Shown: positions 10,372 through 19,946, counted from the first letter of the stretch. The stretch: 64,000 nt of DNA from an uncultured Granulosicoccaceae bacterium (GCA_938035525.1 CALHOI010000034.1:3266-67265), one strand, 5' to 3'. Notes: generated by a model not told the origin, from the letters alone. Program-made: numbers and translations.

Positions 10372-10743
10372 TTAAGCACTTTTAGCCACTAGTGCAACGC
10401 CGCTACAAATCAGTAATACGCCCAGAATGCGCCAGGCATTAACTGACTCACCCAGCATGAAATAACCATAGGCGGTGATCAGCACAAACGATAACCCTAA
10501 AAACGGGTATGCAAAACTAATTTCTACTCTTGAGAGCACAACCAAATGAGACCCCATACTAATTACCATCATGACTAACCCGAAAAAAACATAAGGGTTA
10601 AAAATAATGTTAAGACCAGACCCAATAACCCCTGACAGGGATACATCGAACTTTTCAATGCTGGTCATGCCTTTTTTAAGCATAATTTGCGATAAAAAAT
10701 TGGTCAGTACCGTGAAAAGTATCAGAGGTATAAATTTAATCAT
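10372..10743 (-). CDS. Small 4-TM EamA/SMR (ArnE/ArnF-like) protein, candidate lipid-linked sugar flippase
   Basis: 123 aa, four hydrophobic helices, SQIMLKKG and LSRVEISFAYPF motifs; lies within the glycosylation cluster. Confidence 0.75.
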   Translation of the reverse strand: MIKFIPLILFTVLTNFLSQIMLKKGMTSIEKFDVSLSGVIGSGLNIIFNPYVFFGLVMMVISMGSHLVVLSRVEISFAYPFLGLSFVLITAYGYFMLGESVNAWRILGVLLICSGVALVAKSA

Positions 10744-10776
10744 GAGATAGACACATTGGTTTTAAGAAAGCCCGGC

Positions 10777-11586
10777 TTATAAGGACAATCGCTTGAATAT
10801 AAACTCGGGAATATGTGAAATTATCAATAGTATGTAGCGCCAGAACCACGGAGTATAGAGACTGTTTTTTCCCGCAGCTTCGGCCTTTAGAATGTCTGTT
10901 GCGACTTTATCGGCGTTAACCCATAAAACAGCAGGCTTTTTCTCCAGATGTTGTGTCATTGGCGTATCGATAAATCCGGGCTTTACCGTTAACACATGCA
11001 CTCCAGTGCCTGCCAGCCTGTTACGTAAACCGGCACTGAAAATGGATAAGGCACCTTTTGCGGACCCGTAAACGTAGTTACTTTTTCTGCCGCGATCGCC
11101 GGCCACAGACGAGACCACAATCAGTGTGCCTCGCCCGCGGGATTCAAACTCGTAGGCGAGACGACCCAGCAAGGAAACTGTGCTAATAAAGTTGGTTTGC
11201 AACGCTGCCATCGTTGCGTCCCAATTGTTCTCGCAAAGCGTTTGATCGGGCAGGGTTCCGTAAACCGTATAAACAGAATCAACGCAGGCTATGACTTTCA
11301 CCAGCTCGTCATGCCGGCCAATATCATCAAAGTCGGTAACCAGCGAGATAACTTTACTAGCGCCACGTGCTAGCAGGTCTTTCTCTACTGTGTCCAGTTT
11401 GACTTCATCTCTGGCGGCAAGGTAAAGCGTGTGACCTTGTTCAGCCAGCTGCCTGGCTATTGCCTGGCCAAGTGCCGAGCTTGCGCCAAGAATGGCGGCG
11501 CTTTTGATATTGCTTTGCTCGTTTGTATTGCCTGTATCGGAGACAAGCTGCTTGTCATCGCTATTTGGAGCCTGCTTGTTAGCCAT
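10777..11586 (-). CDS. SDR reductase, DprE2-like (polyprenylphosphoryl-2-keto-pentose reductase)
   Basis: GASSALG, SSVAGDRGRKSNYVYGSAK, VKPGFIDTPMT. Start placed at ATG 11586, which overlaps the upstream gene's stop (ORF track extends to 11643). Confidence 0.85.
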   Translation of the reverse strand: MANKQAPNSDDKQLVSDTGNTNEQSNIKSAAILGASSALGQAIARQLAEQGHTLYLAARDEVKLDTVEKDLLARGASKVISLVTDFDDIGRHDELVKVIACVDSVYTVYGTLPDQTLCENNWDATMAALQTNFISTVSLLGRLAYEFESRGRGTLIVVSSVAGDRGRKSNYVYGSAKGALSIFSAGLRNRLAGTGVHVLTVKPGFIDTPMTQHLEKKPAVLWVNADKVATDILKAEAAGKNSLYTPWFWRYILLIISHIPEFIFKRLSL

Positions 11587-12925
11587 TGACGCGTCTCCAG
11601 AAATCAGATGCGAACCGAGGGTCAACATGTTGCTTAAATTCATTAAGTTGAGGAAAGTACTGTTCGAACGATGTTGCGCTCATAAGGCGATCTTTTGCAG
11701 GGTAAGCAGCGCCACCGGCATTTGCCACCATGCCATCAATGCGGGCAATAAGTTGTTCGGTTTTTTCAGCTCTGTTAGCAAAATCTAGCGCCAGGCAGTA
11801 ACCTTCGCGCGGAAACGACAACATCCCTGGCGATGACACTTTTCCGAATTCCTTTAACACGGCCAAAAAAGACCCCATACCTGACTCTACAATGACAGTG
11901 AGAATCTTTTTCATTGTAGAAATTTCAGTTAGCGGCACGATAAATTGATATTGATAAAATCCCTTGGACCCGTAAATTCGGTGCCATTGACCAATGGCGT
12001 CGAGGGGATAGAAGTAAGAATGATAGTGTTTTTGCAATTGCTTTCCAACGTTTCTGCGCTGCATATAAAAATACAATTGGTTGAATGCTTTAATTGAAAA
12101 ATGATTCAGCGTGCGCGATGGGAAATTAACAGGTACGTTGAGCCCAGGATGCTTGCTACCGTATTGCAGTGTTCCGTTATCGGCGTGGTTAGCGTTGAGA
12201 AAAACACCTCTGCCCAGTGATTTTGCGTTAGCCGTACAGTCAAGCCACGCCACCGCATATTGATATGACTCGTGCAAGGGTCTGGAAATTTCTGCAAATT
12301 CGTCCAGGCTGTTGAATACCTGGGTTTCGACATTCATGTCGCTGCTGTGGATGCGCATCAGGTTTATAGTGGCTGATGTGATGATGCCGGTTAAACCCAA
12401 TCCCCCAATAGTGGCACGAAAAAGCTCTGCATTCTCGCTTAAGCTACAAACGTGTAGGCCAGTGGAGTTTGCTAACGTCAGATTTACTACAAAACAACCA
12501 AAAGTCCCGTCTCTGTAGTGATTTTTACCATGTACGTCGTTGGCGATTGCACCCCCAACAGTGATTTGACTTGTACCCGGTGTAACCGGTAGAAACCAAC
12601 CAGCCGGGACAATAATTTGTAACAAATCACTGAATGCAACACCGGGTTCTACCGTTAAAACACCGTTGATTCTGTCAAACGCAATGATGTTATCAAGGCG
12701 ACAGGTATCGATTAAGTCACCGTCACTGTTCAGGCAACTATCGCCATAACTTCTTCCATTCCCGAATGGCAACACGGAAGTTGCTTCAGTCAACATGGTA
12801 GTGTCTGTGCTCTTGCTGGACGGTGAAGCGCCGGGAAACTGTATGTCATTGCGCCAACCGGGAACAATCGCCCGTTGGGCTTGTTCTGGCTGCATTGCCC
12901 AAGAGCGATAACGTTTGTTATTCAT
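11579..12925 (-). CDS. FAD-binding oxidoreductase, DprE1-like (polyprenylphosphoryl-ribose 2'-oxidase)
   Basis: GNGRSYGDS, PVTPGT..TVGGAIANDVHGKNH, YFYPLD, YQYQF, FLAVLK and YPAKD motifs. Probable start MNNKRY at 12925. Confidence 0.88.
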   Translation of the reverse strand: MNNKRYRSWAMQPEQAQRAIVPGWRNDIQFPGASPSSKSTDTTMLTEATSVLPFGNGRSYGDSCLNSDGDLIDTCRLDNIIAFDRINGVLTVEPGVAFSDLLQIIVPAGWFLPVTPGTSQITVGGAIANDVHGKNHYRDGTFGCFVVNLTLANSTGLHVCSLSENAELFRATIGGLGLTGIITSATINLMRIHSSDMNVETQVFNSLDEFAEISRPLHESYQYAVAWLDCTANAKSLGRGVFLNANHADNGTLQYGSKHPGLNVPVNFPSRTLNHFSIKAFNQLYFYMQRRNVGKQLQKHYHSYFYPLDAIGQWHRIYGSKGFYQYQFIVPLTEISTMKKILTVIVESGMGSFLAVLKEFGKVSSPGMLSFPREGYCLALDFANRAEKTEQLIARIDGMVANAGGAAYPAKDRLMSATSFEQYFPQLNEFKQHVDPRFASDFWRRVNG

Positions 12926-12941
12926 GCGCAATTGGTTCTTT

Positions 12942-14396
12942 TTATAACAGCTTGGCGGCAAAAACAGATAGCACAACAAGCGTCGCTGCTATAAGGCTTA
13001 CGCGATCTCTTAACGCGAATATGATGGGGTCCTCATGCATTTCGCCTCGCCCGGTTTTTAACCAGATTCGTCCAATCCAATACATAAAAACAGGGCATAA
13101 AAGCCATAAAAACTGTGGTGTTGAATACATCAGGCTTACCTTTTCAGTATTGATGTACAAGGCCACTATCAGTACAGAAATAAATCCAGTGGCGACACCG
13201 CTGCTGGTTAGCACCGGTATATCGTCAACTTGATAATCTCGCCCCAGAGTTCGTTTTATGCCAGTGGCCTTAAGCGACGTCAGCTCGGCAACGCGCTTTG
13301 CAACCGCCAGAGAAAAGAATATAAACATGCTAAAAGCAAGCAACCAGAACGACCAGGCTGCGCTTATCGCAACGGTGCCACCAATGATTCTTAAGGTGTG
13401 CAAAGCCGCTATCATACACACATCGAGTATGGCCACTTGTTTTAGGTATATTGTGTACCAAAGCGTTGACAGTAAGTACGCCAGTAAAATCAGATTGAAT
13501 TGCACAGGAAGAAAAAAGGTCAGCGCCAGGGTGGCCGGTGCCAGCAACAACATGGTTTGTGTGGCGGCTACAAGCGATACACGTCCGCTGGCAATAGCGC
13601 GATGACGCTTTGTGCTATTTTGACGATCGGCCTGTAAATCAAGCATGTCGTTAAAAATATAGGTCATCGAGGCAAGCAAACTCATGGCCAAAAAGGCAAG
13701 TGTTATTGTGACCGCAGAGCTTAAGAAATCAATGCTATGGTCCAGCGCAAACGGTACCAGTACAAGACCGTTCTTGAGCCACTGATGCACGCGCATTAGA
13801 TTTAAGTAATCGCCAAGCGTCGGGGTTGGAATATCAAAGACTCGTTCAAACGCAATTTCTTTGTTGCTAATAACACCGTCTGCTGTTGATACTGCCAGCG
13901 CATGACGAGCACTGGGCCAAACCGAATAGTCGTCCTTATCGTTGCCTATGTAGTCAAAACCGTTTTCACCGAATTCCTTAACCAGAAAATCTCTTTTATT
14001 ATGGTGAGTCAGGTTGGTTTCCTGGCTGGAGCCATGAACATGATCAAATAGCTCCGTGTCTTTGGCTATCAAATCAGCTATCTTCTGGTTACTACCAGTG
14101 ACTAAAACAGTCTCGCGTTGTTTTCGTTCATTGCGAACATATTCGACGATATCTTCGTTGTATAGAATATTGGCAGTGCTGAGATCCACACGCTGCGCTA
14201 TTTCGTGTTTGAGTGTTGCTTTACCTTTCATTAACCACATAGGGCAGGCGAATATGCACTGAGGTTGCTGTTTTAGCAGCATCAGCGCCGACTCAATCAA
14301 CATATCGGAGCGTACTAATGTACCGTCGAGATCGACGCACAGTGGCAGGTCTTTTCCGTGGTCACGGCTTATCGTATTTTGGCTCACTGTTATCAC
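12942..14396 (-). CDS. HAD phosphatase-like / UbiA-family polyprenyl-phosphate phosphoribosyltransferase fusion (NoeC/Rv3806c-like)
   Basis: N-terminal VDLDGTL and YIGNDKDD HAD motifs; RVHQWLKN, YIFNDMLDLQADR..KRHRAIASG UbiA motifs; HEDPIIFALRD tail. Confidence 0.88.
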   Translation of the reverse strand: MITVSQNTISRDHGKDLPLCVDLDGTLVRSDMLIESALMLLKQQPQCIFACPMWLMKGKATLKHEIAQRVDLSTANILYNEDIVEYVRNERKQRETVLVTGSNQKIADLIAKDTELFDHVHGSSQETNLTHHNKRDFLVKEFGENGFDYIGNDKDDYSVWPSARHALAVSTADGVISNKEIAFERVFDIPTPTLGDYLNLMRVHQWLKNGLVLVPFALDHSIDFLSSAVTITLAFLAMSLLASMTYIFNDMLDLQADRQNSTKRHRAIASGRVSLVAATQTMLLLAPATLALTFFLPVQFNLILLAYLLSTLWYTIYLKQVAILDVCMIAALHTLRIIGGTVAISAAWSFWLLAFSMFIFFSLAVAKRVAELTSLKATGIKRTLGRDYQVDDIPVLTSSGVATGFISVLIVALYINTEKVSLMYSTPQFLWLLCPVFMYWIGRIWLKTGRGEMHEDPIIFALRDRVSLIAATLVVLSVFAAKLL

Positions 14397-14413
14397 TGTA
14401 TTTTCGAGTCTGC

Positions 14414-14462
14414 TTTTGCTTGTCTATTCGTTTTTGCTTGTCTAAAGTCTTTTGCTTGTTTA
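14414..14462. repeat. 18-bp-period imperfect tandem repeat x3 (core ttttgcttgtcta)
   Basis: Three cores at 14414, 14432 and 14450; the last contains the stop codon of the upstream gene. Confidence 0.7.
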
Positions 14463-15674
14463 TTTAGTGAGCAAATCATTATTGGAACGCTCGGAGTAAT
14501 TGCGCTCGGCCAGAATTGCCAGAGTTGCCCAAAGCACGATAACCGCTACCAGTGTGTACTGAGCTGCAAAGAACCTTATCCACGTAACAGGAAAGAGCAT
14601 GAAATGCATGACAATATAAAGGACGCACGAGACCAAGAGAAACAGTAAGTCTAGGTGGAGCAGTGATGCAGGTTTGTTGTCGGGATTAAAATAAAACCTC
14701 GATGCAAACAGGAAAATGCCCGTTATTGCTAACGCGCAAAACATGAAGAACATGGGGTTGTACGAGAAACTTTTTAACCCGGTGACTATGAAAGACAGGT
14801 AGTCAGATACGCTAATTGGAAATGAGAACGTATCAGGGTGGGTTGGTTTCTCGCCATAGTTATAACCTATTAACGATGACCACGGATCACCCTCCACAAT
14901 CACATGGTTAAGCGTAAGGTACGCCGCAACAGTCAACACTGCGCTTAGCACTAGTTTAATACGCGAGGCGCGTTCAAACACCCACAGGTAAGCTACAAAG
15001 AGCGGCATGAGCAGTATTAGATCGGTTCTAACAAATACAGTGAACGGCAGTAAGATCAGCAGTAGTCCCACCCGGTTTCTAAACAAGAGCCAGTACAGTC
15101 CAATAGTAACCAAGGTGGCCAGTGAATCAGGGGTTGATAGTCGAGCGACATTGAGTATGCCGCAGGCTAAAGCGATAAACGGCAAAGCGAAACACAAACC
15201 AATAGGTAACTGCTTGGGCACTAAATTCGCCAACAGAAATACCGATAAAATTGCGCAAATGGTAGAAATAAGATACGTAGCAAAAAACGGATCAACGCCT
15301 AAAGAAGCCATAGCGGCCACCATACCGATATAAACCAACCTGGCGTCATAAAAGAAAGCGATAGTTTGTCTGAACGCTTCGGGGTCTTGAGCAATCACAA
15401 CCCTGCTGGGTGTGTTTGTAAAGGTTGCTAACTCTTCGGCTGATACTTGTTTTGCCAGATTCTGATAAATTGACTGGTGCAATTGCTCTATCGGTTGATC
15501 GCCAAGATATTGGAGCGCGTTTGCAACGTAGGGCAGTATGTCCCAGTTTAATGTCGGTTCCGACAATGACAAATAGGCAAATACAATGGCAAACAATCCT
15601 AATACCAGTTTGTGCAAATATCTTCTGTAGGCAGCAAAGGTAGATATAGTATTTTTAAAGATCAATGGTGACAC
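14460..15674 (-). CDS. Polytopic membrane protein, candidate GT-C glycosyltransferase
   Basis: About 10 hydrophobic segments; first external loop carries NWD..Y, then TPD and RTD motifs; directly upstream of the UbiA/DprE genes. Function inferred from topology and context. Confidence 0.55.
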   Translation of the reverse strand: MSPLIFKNTISTFAAYRRYLHKLVLGLFAIVFAYLSLSEPTLNWDILPYVANALQYLGDQPIEQLHQSIYQNLAKQVSAEELATFTNTPSRVVIAQDPEAFRQTIAFFYDARLVYIGMVAAMASLGVDPFFATYLISTICAILSVFLLANLVPKQLPIGLCFALPFIALACGILNVARLSTPDSLATLVTIGLYWLLFRNRVGLLLILLPFTVFVRTDLILLMPLFVAYLWVFERASRIKLVLSAVLTVAAYLTLNHVIVEGDPWSSLIGYNYGEKPTHPDTFSFPISVSDYLSFIVTGLKSFSYNPMFFMFCALAITGIFLFASRFYFNPDNKPASLLHLDLLFLLVSCVLYIVMHFMLFPVTWIRFFAAQYTLVAVIVLWATLAILAERNYSERSNNDLLTK

Positions 15675-15691
15675 TATAATTTACTCGGGCC

Positions 15692-16717
15692 CTAATTCGA
15701 CACGTTACACAGATCGATGTTGCGTCGGTAAACCGGATTGGGCGACCAACGACGATTGATATAGTGCCTTAGCGGGTTTTCAATTATGTAGAACGAACCG
15801 GCACCTACAATGATGGAAAGCACGAATCCGGTAACAGGCCCACCCGGCAATGCGTAATACAATTTGTAGAAAATCTGTTGCCATAGATAAATGGAATAAG
15901 ACATTATCCCAAGTTGTCTCATGGGCTTTAACATCAGCAATGAGCTGAAAGTTTGTGCACTTTCTGTGAGGTGATTTACGGCAATTCCCAAGAGAACGGG
16001 GCACAGCGTAAAAGTCAGCCATATAGGCAGTGCATCAATGTAGCAAATGGCGGCCAGTAGCAACAAGAACGGCGCAGTGTAGGCCGGTAGCTTGAAATCC
16101 ATCTCCGCTTTTATCAGGCTGTAGCCACCAGAGAACGCGATAAAGCCAATCGCCGATTCTGTTCTGATTAGAGAGTACACAAATGCTTGATCTTCCAATC
16201 GATTGAAGTTCACGAGATTTACAACCACAGACAGCGCATAAATTGCCATCAGCAAAAAAGCCACTTTGCCTCTTGCAATTAAATACACTGCCATGAAACT
16301 CATCAATACATAACTGTGTTCTTCAACGCTGAGAGACCATAGATGCCCTGTGGGTAATGGGCTCGTAAAGTACTCGGGTGTGGCCGGAAAATAGGTCCGA
16401 ATGAAAAACAGTGAGGCAAAAAATTCAATAATCTTGAAATCGTATTTAAGCAATGCTGATACAAATGCGGCGGCGCAAAGAAAGACAACGAGTGCTGGTA
16501 TAACCCGGCTGACTCGCCGCACATAGAAATCTTTTAGCCCAATACGGTCTATAAAGAGTATTTTGCTTATTAGCAGGCCGGACAAAACAAAAAACACATC
16601 GACCCCCATGCGCTCTTCCCATATCCAACCTGAGAATGTAAAGTGCCCGACCAGCACCAGCAAGATAGCCAGTCCTCGCCAACCATCCAGCACATCTATT
16701 CTATTGGTACTTGTCAT
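15692..16717 (-). CDS. Acyltransferase-3 (OafA-like) membrane O-acyltransferase
   Basis: LDGWRGLAILLVLVGH, GVDVFFVLSG, FYVRRVSRVIP, HLWSLSVEEH, GIMSYSIYLWQ, IENP. Confidence 0.9.
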   Translation of the reverse strand: MTSTNRIDVLDGWRGLAILLVLVGHFTFSGWIWEERMGVDVFFVLSGLLISKILFIDRIGLKDFYVRRVSRVIPALVVFLCAAAFVSALLKYDFKIIEFFASLFFIRTYFPATPEYFTSPLPTGHLWSLSVEEHSYVLMSFMAVYLIARGKVAFLLMAIYALSVVVNLVNFNRLEDQAFVYSLIRTESAIGFIAFSGGYSLIKAEMDFKLPAYTAPFLLLLAAICYIDALPIWLTFTLCPVLLGIAVNHLTESAQTFSSLLMLKPMRQLGIMSYSIYLWQQIFYKLYYALPGGPVTGFVLSIIVGAGSFYIIENPLRHYINRRWSPNPVYRRNIDLCNVSN

Positions 16718-16880
16718 GTGTATAAATCGCTTAAAACCTTGTTTTAGCCAGCTAATCTCAACAGAGTGATAAACCAGCCATCATTCAAGCGAGTTAATCA
16801 GCCGGTACGAGCAAGGCCTGGCCGTTTTGAAGTCGCTATGCTACTGGGTTTTATGTAATCACAAAGTGTTCATGTGGTCA

Positions 16881-16920
16881 TGCCAAAACATGCCAAAACA
16901 TGCCAAAACATGCACAAACA
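16881..16920. repeat. 10-bp tandem repeat x4 (tgccaaaaca)
   Basis: Three exact copies plus one variant, no spacers. Confidence 0.85.
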
Positions 16921-17400
16921 GCCAGATTCCAGTGCTCAAAAGCGGGTAATTTCGGCCAATAAGTAGATACACCATAGTTAAACACCCGTACACAGCGTCT
17001 CGAACTTCCATAGTCGTACTTGGGGCGCCGAACACCGACTGTCACTCTTTGTGCAATCCTTACTCTTACGCTTACAGTATCCGTACCAGATCAGCCCGTG
17101 CATTGCGCCCTACATCTGCTTTAGAAAACGCAATATATTGCTACAAATTGTCAGCGACCATTGAAATAGGGTTAACGAAAGTGCTGAAATTTTGTTCGCT
17201 TGAGGGGGGTATCTGAAAGGTTGCTTATTGATGCGAAAGATGAAACGACTAATGCAATCGATATGAGCACGCGATATTTAATTGCTAATTCAGCGTCGTT
17301 TGCCAGTAGGATGTGTTTAGAAGTCTCTTTTAAAATAGCGGCCCGCGAGCGTGCAGCAAACATCAGTAAATTCGAAACATAAAATGACTGGGTATCAATT

Positions 17401-18549
17401 ATGACTATGCAAGATGGTTTTTTTGGTGCGTTTATGCCGCATGGCATGTGCTACGTTTGGCGACCAGACATTTTAGGGCTGCACGTTGCGTCAGATATTG
17501 TCATCGTGCTCGCCTATTTTTCCATACCTATCGCTTTGTACTATTTTTTAAAACAACGCAATGATGTACCGTTTAAACCAGTTTGGTACATGTTCAGCAC
17601 GTTCATATTTGCTTGCGGTTTGACCCACGCCATGAGTATCTGGGTTGTCTGGAACGGTCATTACGGGGTGCATGGTTTATTAAAAGCGTTTACGGCCTTA
17701 GCGTCGTTGGGTACAGCGCTGATGTTGTATCCGCTCATGCCAAAATTAATTGCTCTGCGTAGCCCCAGTGAATTAGAACAATCCAACGCAGCACTACAGT
17801 CCGAAATTGAGACACGAGAAAAACACGAAATGGAGACCTCTCGTTTACAAACCGAGCTTGCGCACATTGGGCGAGTATCAACCATGGGAGAGATGGGCAC
17901 AGGCTTGGCTCACGAACTAAACCAACCCCTCATGGCAATTTCACAATGCTCGGATACTGCTCTGCTTATTGCTAATGAATCAAATGAATATGATGAAGCG
18001 TTAGTTGAGTGTCTTGAAGACATACAAACAGAAACCCAGCGTGCTGGAGAAATCATTCGAGCGCTGCGACAATTTGTAAATAAAGAAACATCCAATCGCT
18101 TACCCGTTGATATCAGATCGTTGGTTGAGCAGGTGGTAAAGCTGGTTAAAGCGGAAGGCCTTATGCATAACGTGTCAATTGAATCAAATGTCAGCACCTA
18201 TGCTCGCCCAATAGTTGATCGAGTCCAGATAGCGCAAGTGTTAGTGAATCTGCTGAGAAACGGTGTTCAGGCCATTGCGAACAAGAGCTCAACGGGTGGT
18301 ACTGTCACCATCGGCGTATCGCAATCTCATAGTCACACCAGCATTTATGTTGACGACACTGGTCCGGGTCTGGCACCCGGCTTAGACTTTTTTGACCCGT
18401 TCACCTCCACAAAAGCCGGGGGAATGGGGATGGGCCTTTCAATTAGTCGATCTATTGTTGAATCGCATGGGGGCGAATTGATTGCCGAAAATGTTGAGGG
18501 CAGCGGAGCCCGGTTCAGTTTTCGGTTGCCGTTGGGAGTTGTAACATAA
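17401..18549 (+). CDS. Sensor histidine kinase with N-terminal ETR1-like ethylene-binding (3-TM) domain
   Basis: [13 protein letters not shown]...FIFACGLTH...[15 protein letters not shown] matches the ETR1 ethylene-binding helices; H-box AHELNQPL, N-box [19 protein letters not shown]. Confidence 0.88.
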   Translation: MTMQDGFFGAFMPHGMCYVWRPDILGLHVASDIVIVLAYFSIPIALYYFLKQRNDVPFKPVWYMFSTFIFACGLTHAMSIWVVWNGHYGVHGLLKAFTALASLGTALMLYPLMPKLIALRSPSELEQSNAALQSEIETREKHEMETSRLQTELAHIGRVSTMGEMGTGLAHELNQPLMAISQCSDTALLIANESNEYDEALVECLEDIQTETQRAGEIIRALRQFVNKETSNRLPVDIRSLVEQVVKLVKAEGLMHNVSIESNVSTYARPIVDRVQIAQVLVNLLRNGVQAIANKSSTGGTVTIGVSQSHSHTSIYVDDTGPGLAPGLDFFDPFTSTKAGGMGMGLSISRSIVESHGGELIAENVEGSGARFSFRLPLGVVT

Positions 18550-18551
18550 GC

Positions 18552-19181
18552 ATGGAAGTTGAAAATCAAACCGTCTTCATTGTTGACGATGACCCGTCGG
18601 TGCTGCGCACGTTACCAAGAGCGTTAATGCGACGAGGTTATAACGTTGAAGCCTATGAATCTGGTCATGATTTTTTGCAAGCGAATGCCGGTGTGAAGCC
18701 GGGCTGCCTGATACTTGAACTTAGCATGCCGGGTATGTCTGGATTAGAGTTGCAACAAGAGCTGCTTGAGCTAGATTCGCGTATGCCGATTATTTTTATT
18801 ACCGGGCATGGTGGGGTGCCTGAGTCCGTCAAAGCGATGCGTGCCGGTGCTATCGATTTTCTGGAAAAGCCGTTTGAACCAGAGATACTGATTGAGCGAA
18901 TTGAAGAAGCGTTAGCAAAAGACAAAGAAAACCAGCGAGAGTATCAAAAACAGAAGCAAACACGCCAACGTTTTGAGCGTCTCACCAATCGCGAACGGGA
19001 TGTTCTGGATTGTTTGTTATTGTCAGATACAAAGAAAGTGTCGAGCAAGGGAGTTGCACAGGTGCTTGGCATCAGTCATCGCACAGTAGAGCAACATCGC
19101 TCGCGAATACTCGAAAAAACCCAAACGTCATCGTTACCAGAATTAATTAGTTCAGCAAAACTCGCTGGCTTGCATAAGTAG
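18552..19181 (+). CDS. FixJ-type response regulator (REC + LuxR HTH) with Asp-to-Glu at the phospho-acceptor site
   Basis: IVDDD, CLILELSMPG (normally ...LD..MPG), ITGHG, LEKP; LTNRE...LGISHRTVEQHR HTH; starts 2 nt after the kinase stop. Confidence 0.9.
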   Translation: MEVENQTVFIVDDDPSVLRTLPRALMRRGYNVEAYESGHDFLQANAGVKPGCLILELSMPGMSGLELQQELLELDSRMPIIFITGHGGVPESVKAMRAGAIDFLEKPFEPEILIERIEEALAKDKENQREYQKQKQTRQRFERLTNRERDVLDCLLLSDTKKVSSKGVAQVLGISHRTVEQHRSRILEKTQTSSLPELISSAKLAGLHK

Positions 19182-19247
19182 TGTACTATTTACTGTCCTT
19201 TGGACGAGTGTTCCTCTTCTTGTTCGCGCGGTTACTCTAATTCTAAA

Positions 19248-19275
19248 TACGTAGTCTACGTAAGTAACATACGTA
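19248..19275. promoter_or_regulatory. Triple TACGTA array including the near-perfect palindrome TACGTAGTCTACGTA; candidate transcription-factor site
   Basis: TACGTA at 19248, 19257 and 19270, in the intergenic region upstream of ORF 19451. Confidence 0.45.
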
Positions 19276-19450
19276 GGTGCTCCACTGTCAGTATTCACCA
19301 CTCTACTAATTGTTGTTAGTGCGTGCTTAACTCTTCACTTGGCTATCGCAATCGGGCAGTTAGTTGAGTGTTCTATGGCACCTCAAGACTAATCTTAGAC
19401 CGGTCACGTTGTAGCGGATTTTAAATACAATATATCCGGTCGAGGTATAA

Positions 19451-19858
19451 ATGCAAAATGAACAAGAGTGCAAAATTATCATTAATGCATTGGATGCGAT
19501 TTTGCAGTATCCCAAGTTTCAAATATCACCCAAAAGTAGTTCTTTTCTAGAGTATGTCGTGCATCAGACTCTCGATGGCAATGCTGAACGAATTAAGGCC
19601 TACACGATCGCAGTGGATGCGCTGGGTAAGCCACCTGATTATGACCCCAGTAACAATCCATCAGTGCGCGTATTGGCCTTGCGAGTCAGGCGTACGCTGG
19701 ATGAGTACTACGATAAATACCAACATCAACAGCTGACTATAAAGCTAGAGGCTGGCAGCTACGTTCCTCAGTTTGTGAATAGGGGTGAATGTGATGGCCG
19801 CGATAATACGACTGATATGATGGCGTCACAGCAAGCAATTGCGGGCTCTGGCAGGTAA
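19451..19858 (+). CDS. Stand-alone winged-helix-like protein resembling the N-terminus of TolB-N/TPR-type regulators
   Basis: FLEYVV..TL.G..IKAYTIAVDALG..DP..VRV.A.RVRR.L..YY..GSYVPQF pattern; GAGG RBS upstream. Confidence 0.65.
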   Translation: MQNEQECKIIINALDAILQYPKFQISPKSSSFLEYVVHQTLDGNAERIKAYTIAVDALGKPPDYDPSNNPSVRVLALRVRRTLDEYYDKYQHQQLTIKLEAGSYVPQFVNRGECDGRDNTTDMMASQQAIAGSGR

Positions 19859-19946
19859 TTAAATCCGTGTCTAAAACATGTTGTTTCGTGGGCGTTTAAT
19901 CTACAATGCATGGCTGTGATTAATTGATTATGGCCCGCAACCGTAC

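Noticed and set aside
16881-16920. Short repeats here and at 33917, 51701, 59303 and 61254 as CRISPR arrays
   Set aside because: Units are 10-18 bp, directly adjacent with no unique spacers, and there are no cas genes.
17172-17447. 91-aa minus-strand ORF and the overlapping 60-aa plus-strand ORF upstream of the kinase
   Set aside because: No recognisable motif; the 91-aa ORF overlaps the kinase start; probably promoter DNA.
7707-19900. Genomic island integrated at tRNA-Arg
   Set aside because: No integrase and no duplicated tRNA 3' end seen; the AT-richer block lies on the 5' side of the tRNA, the wrong side for a typical att site.
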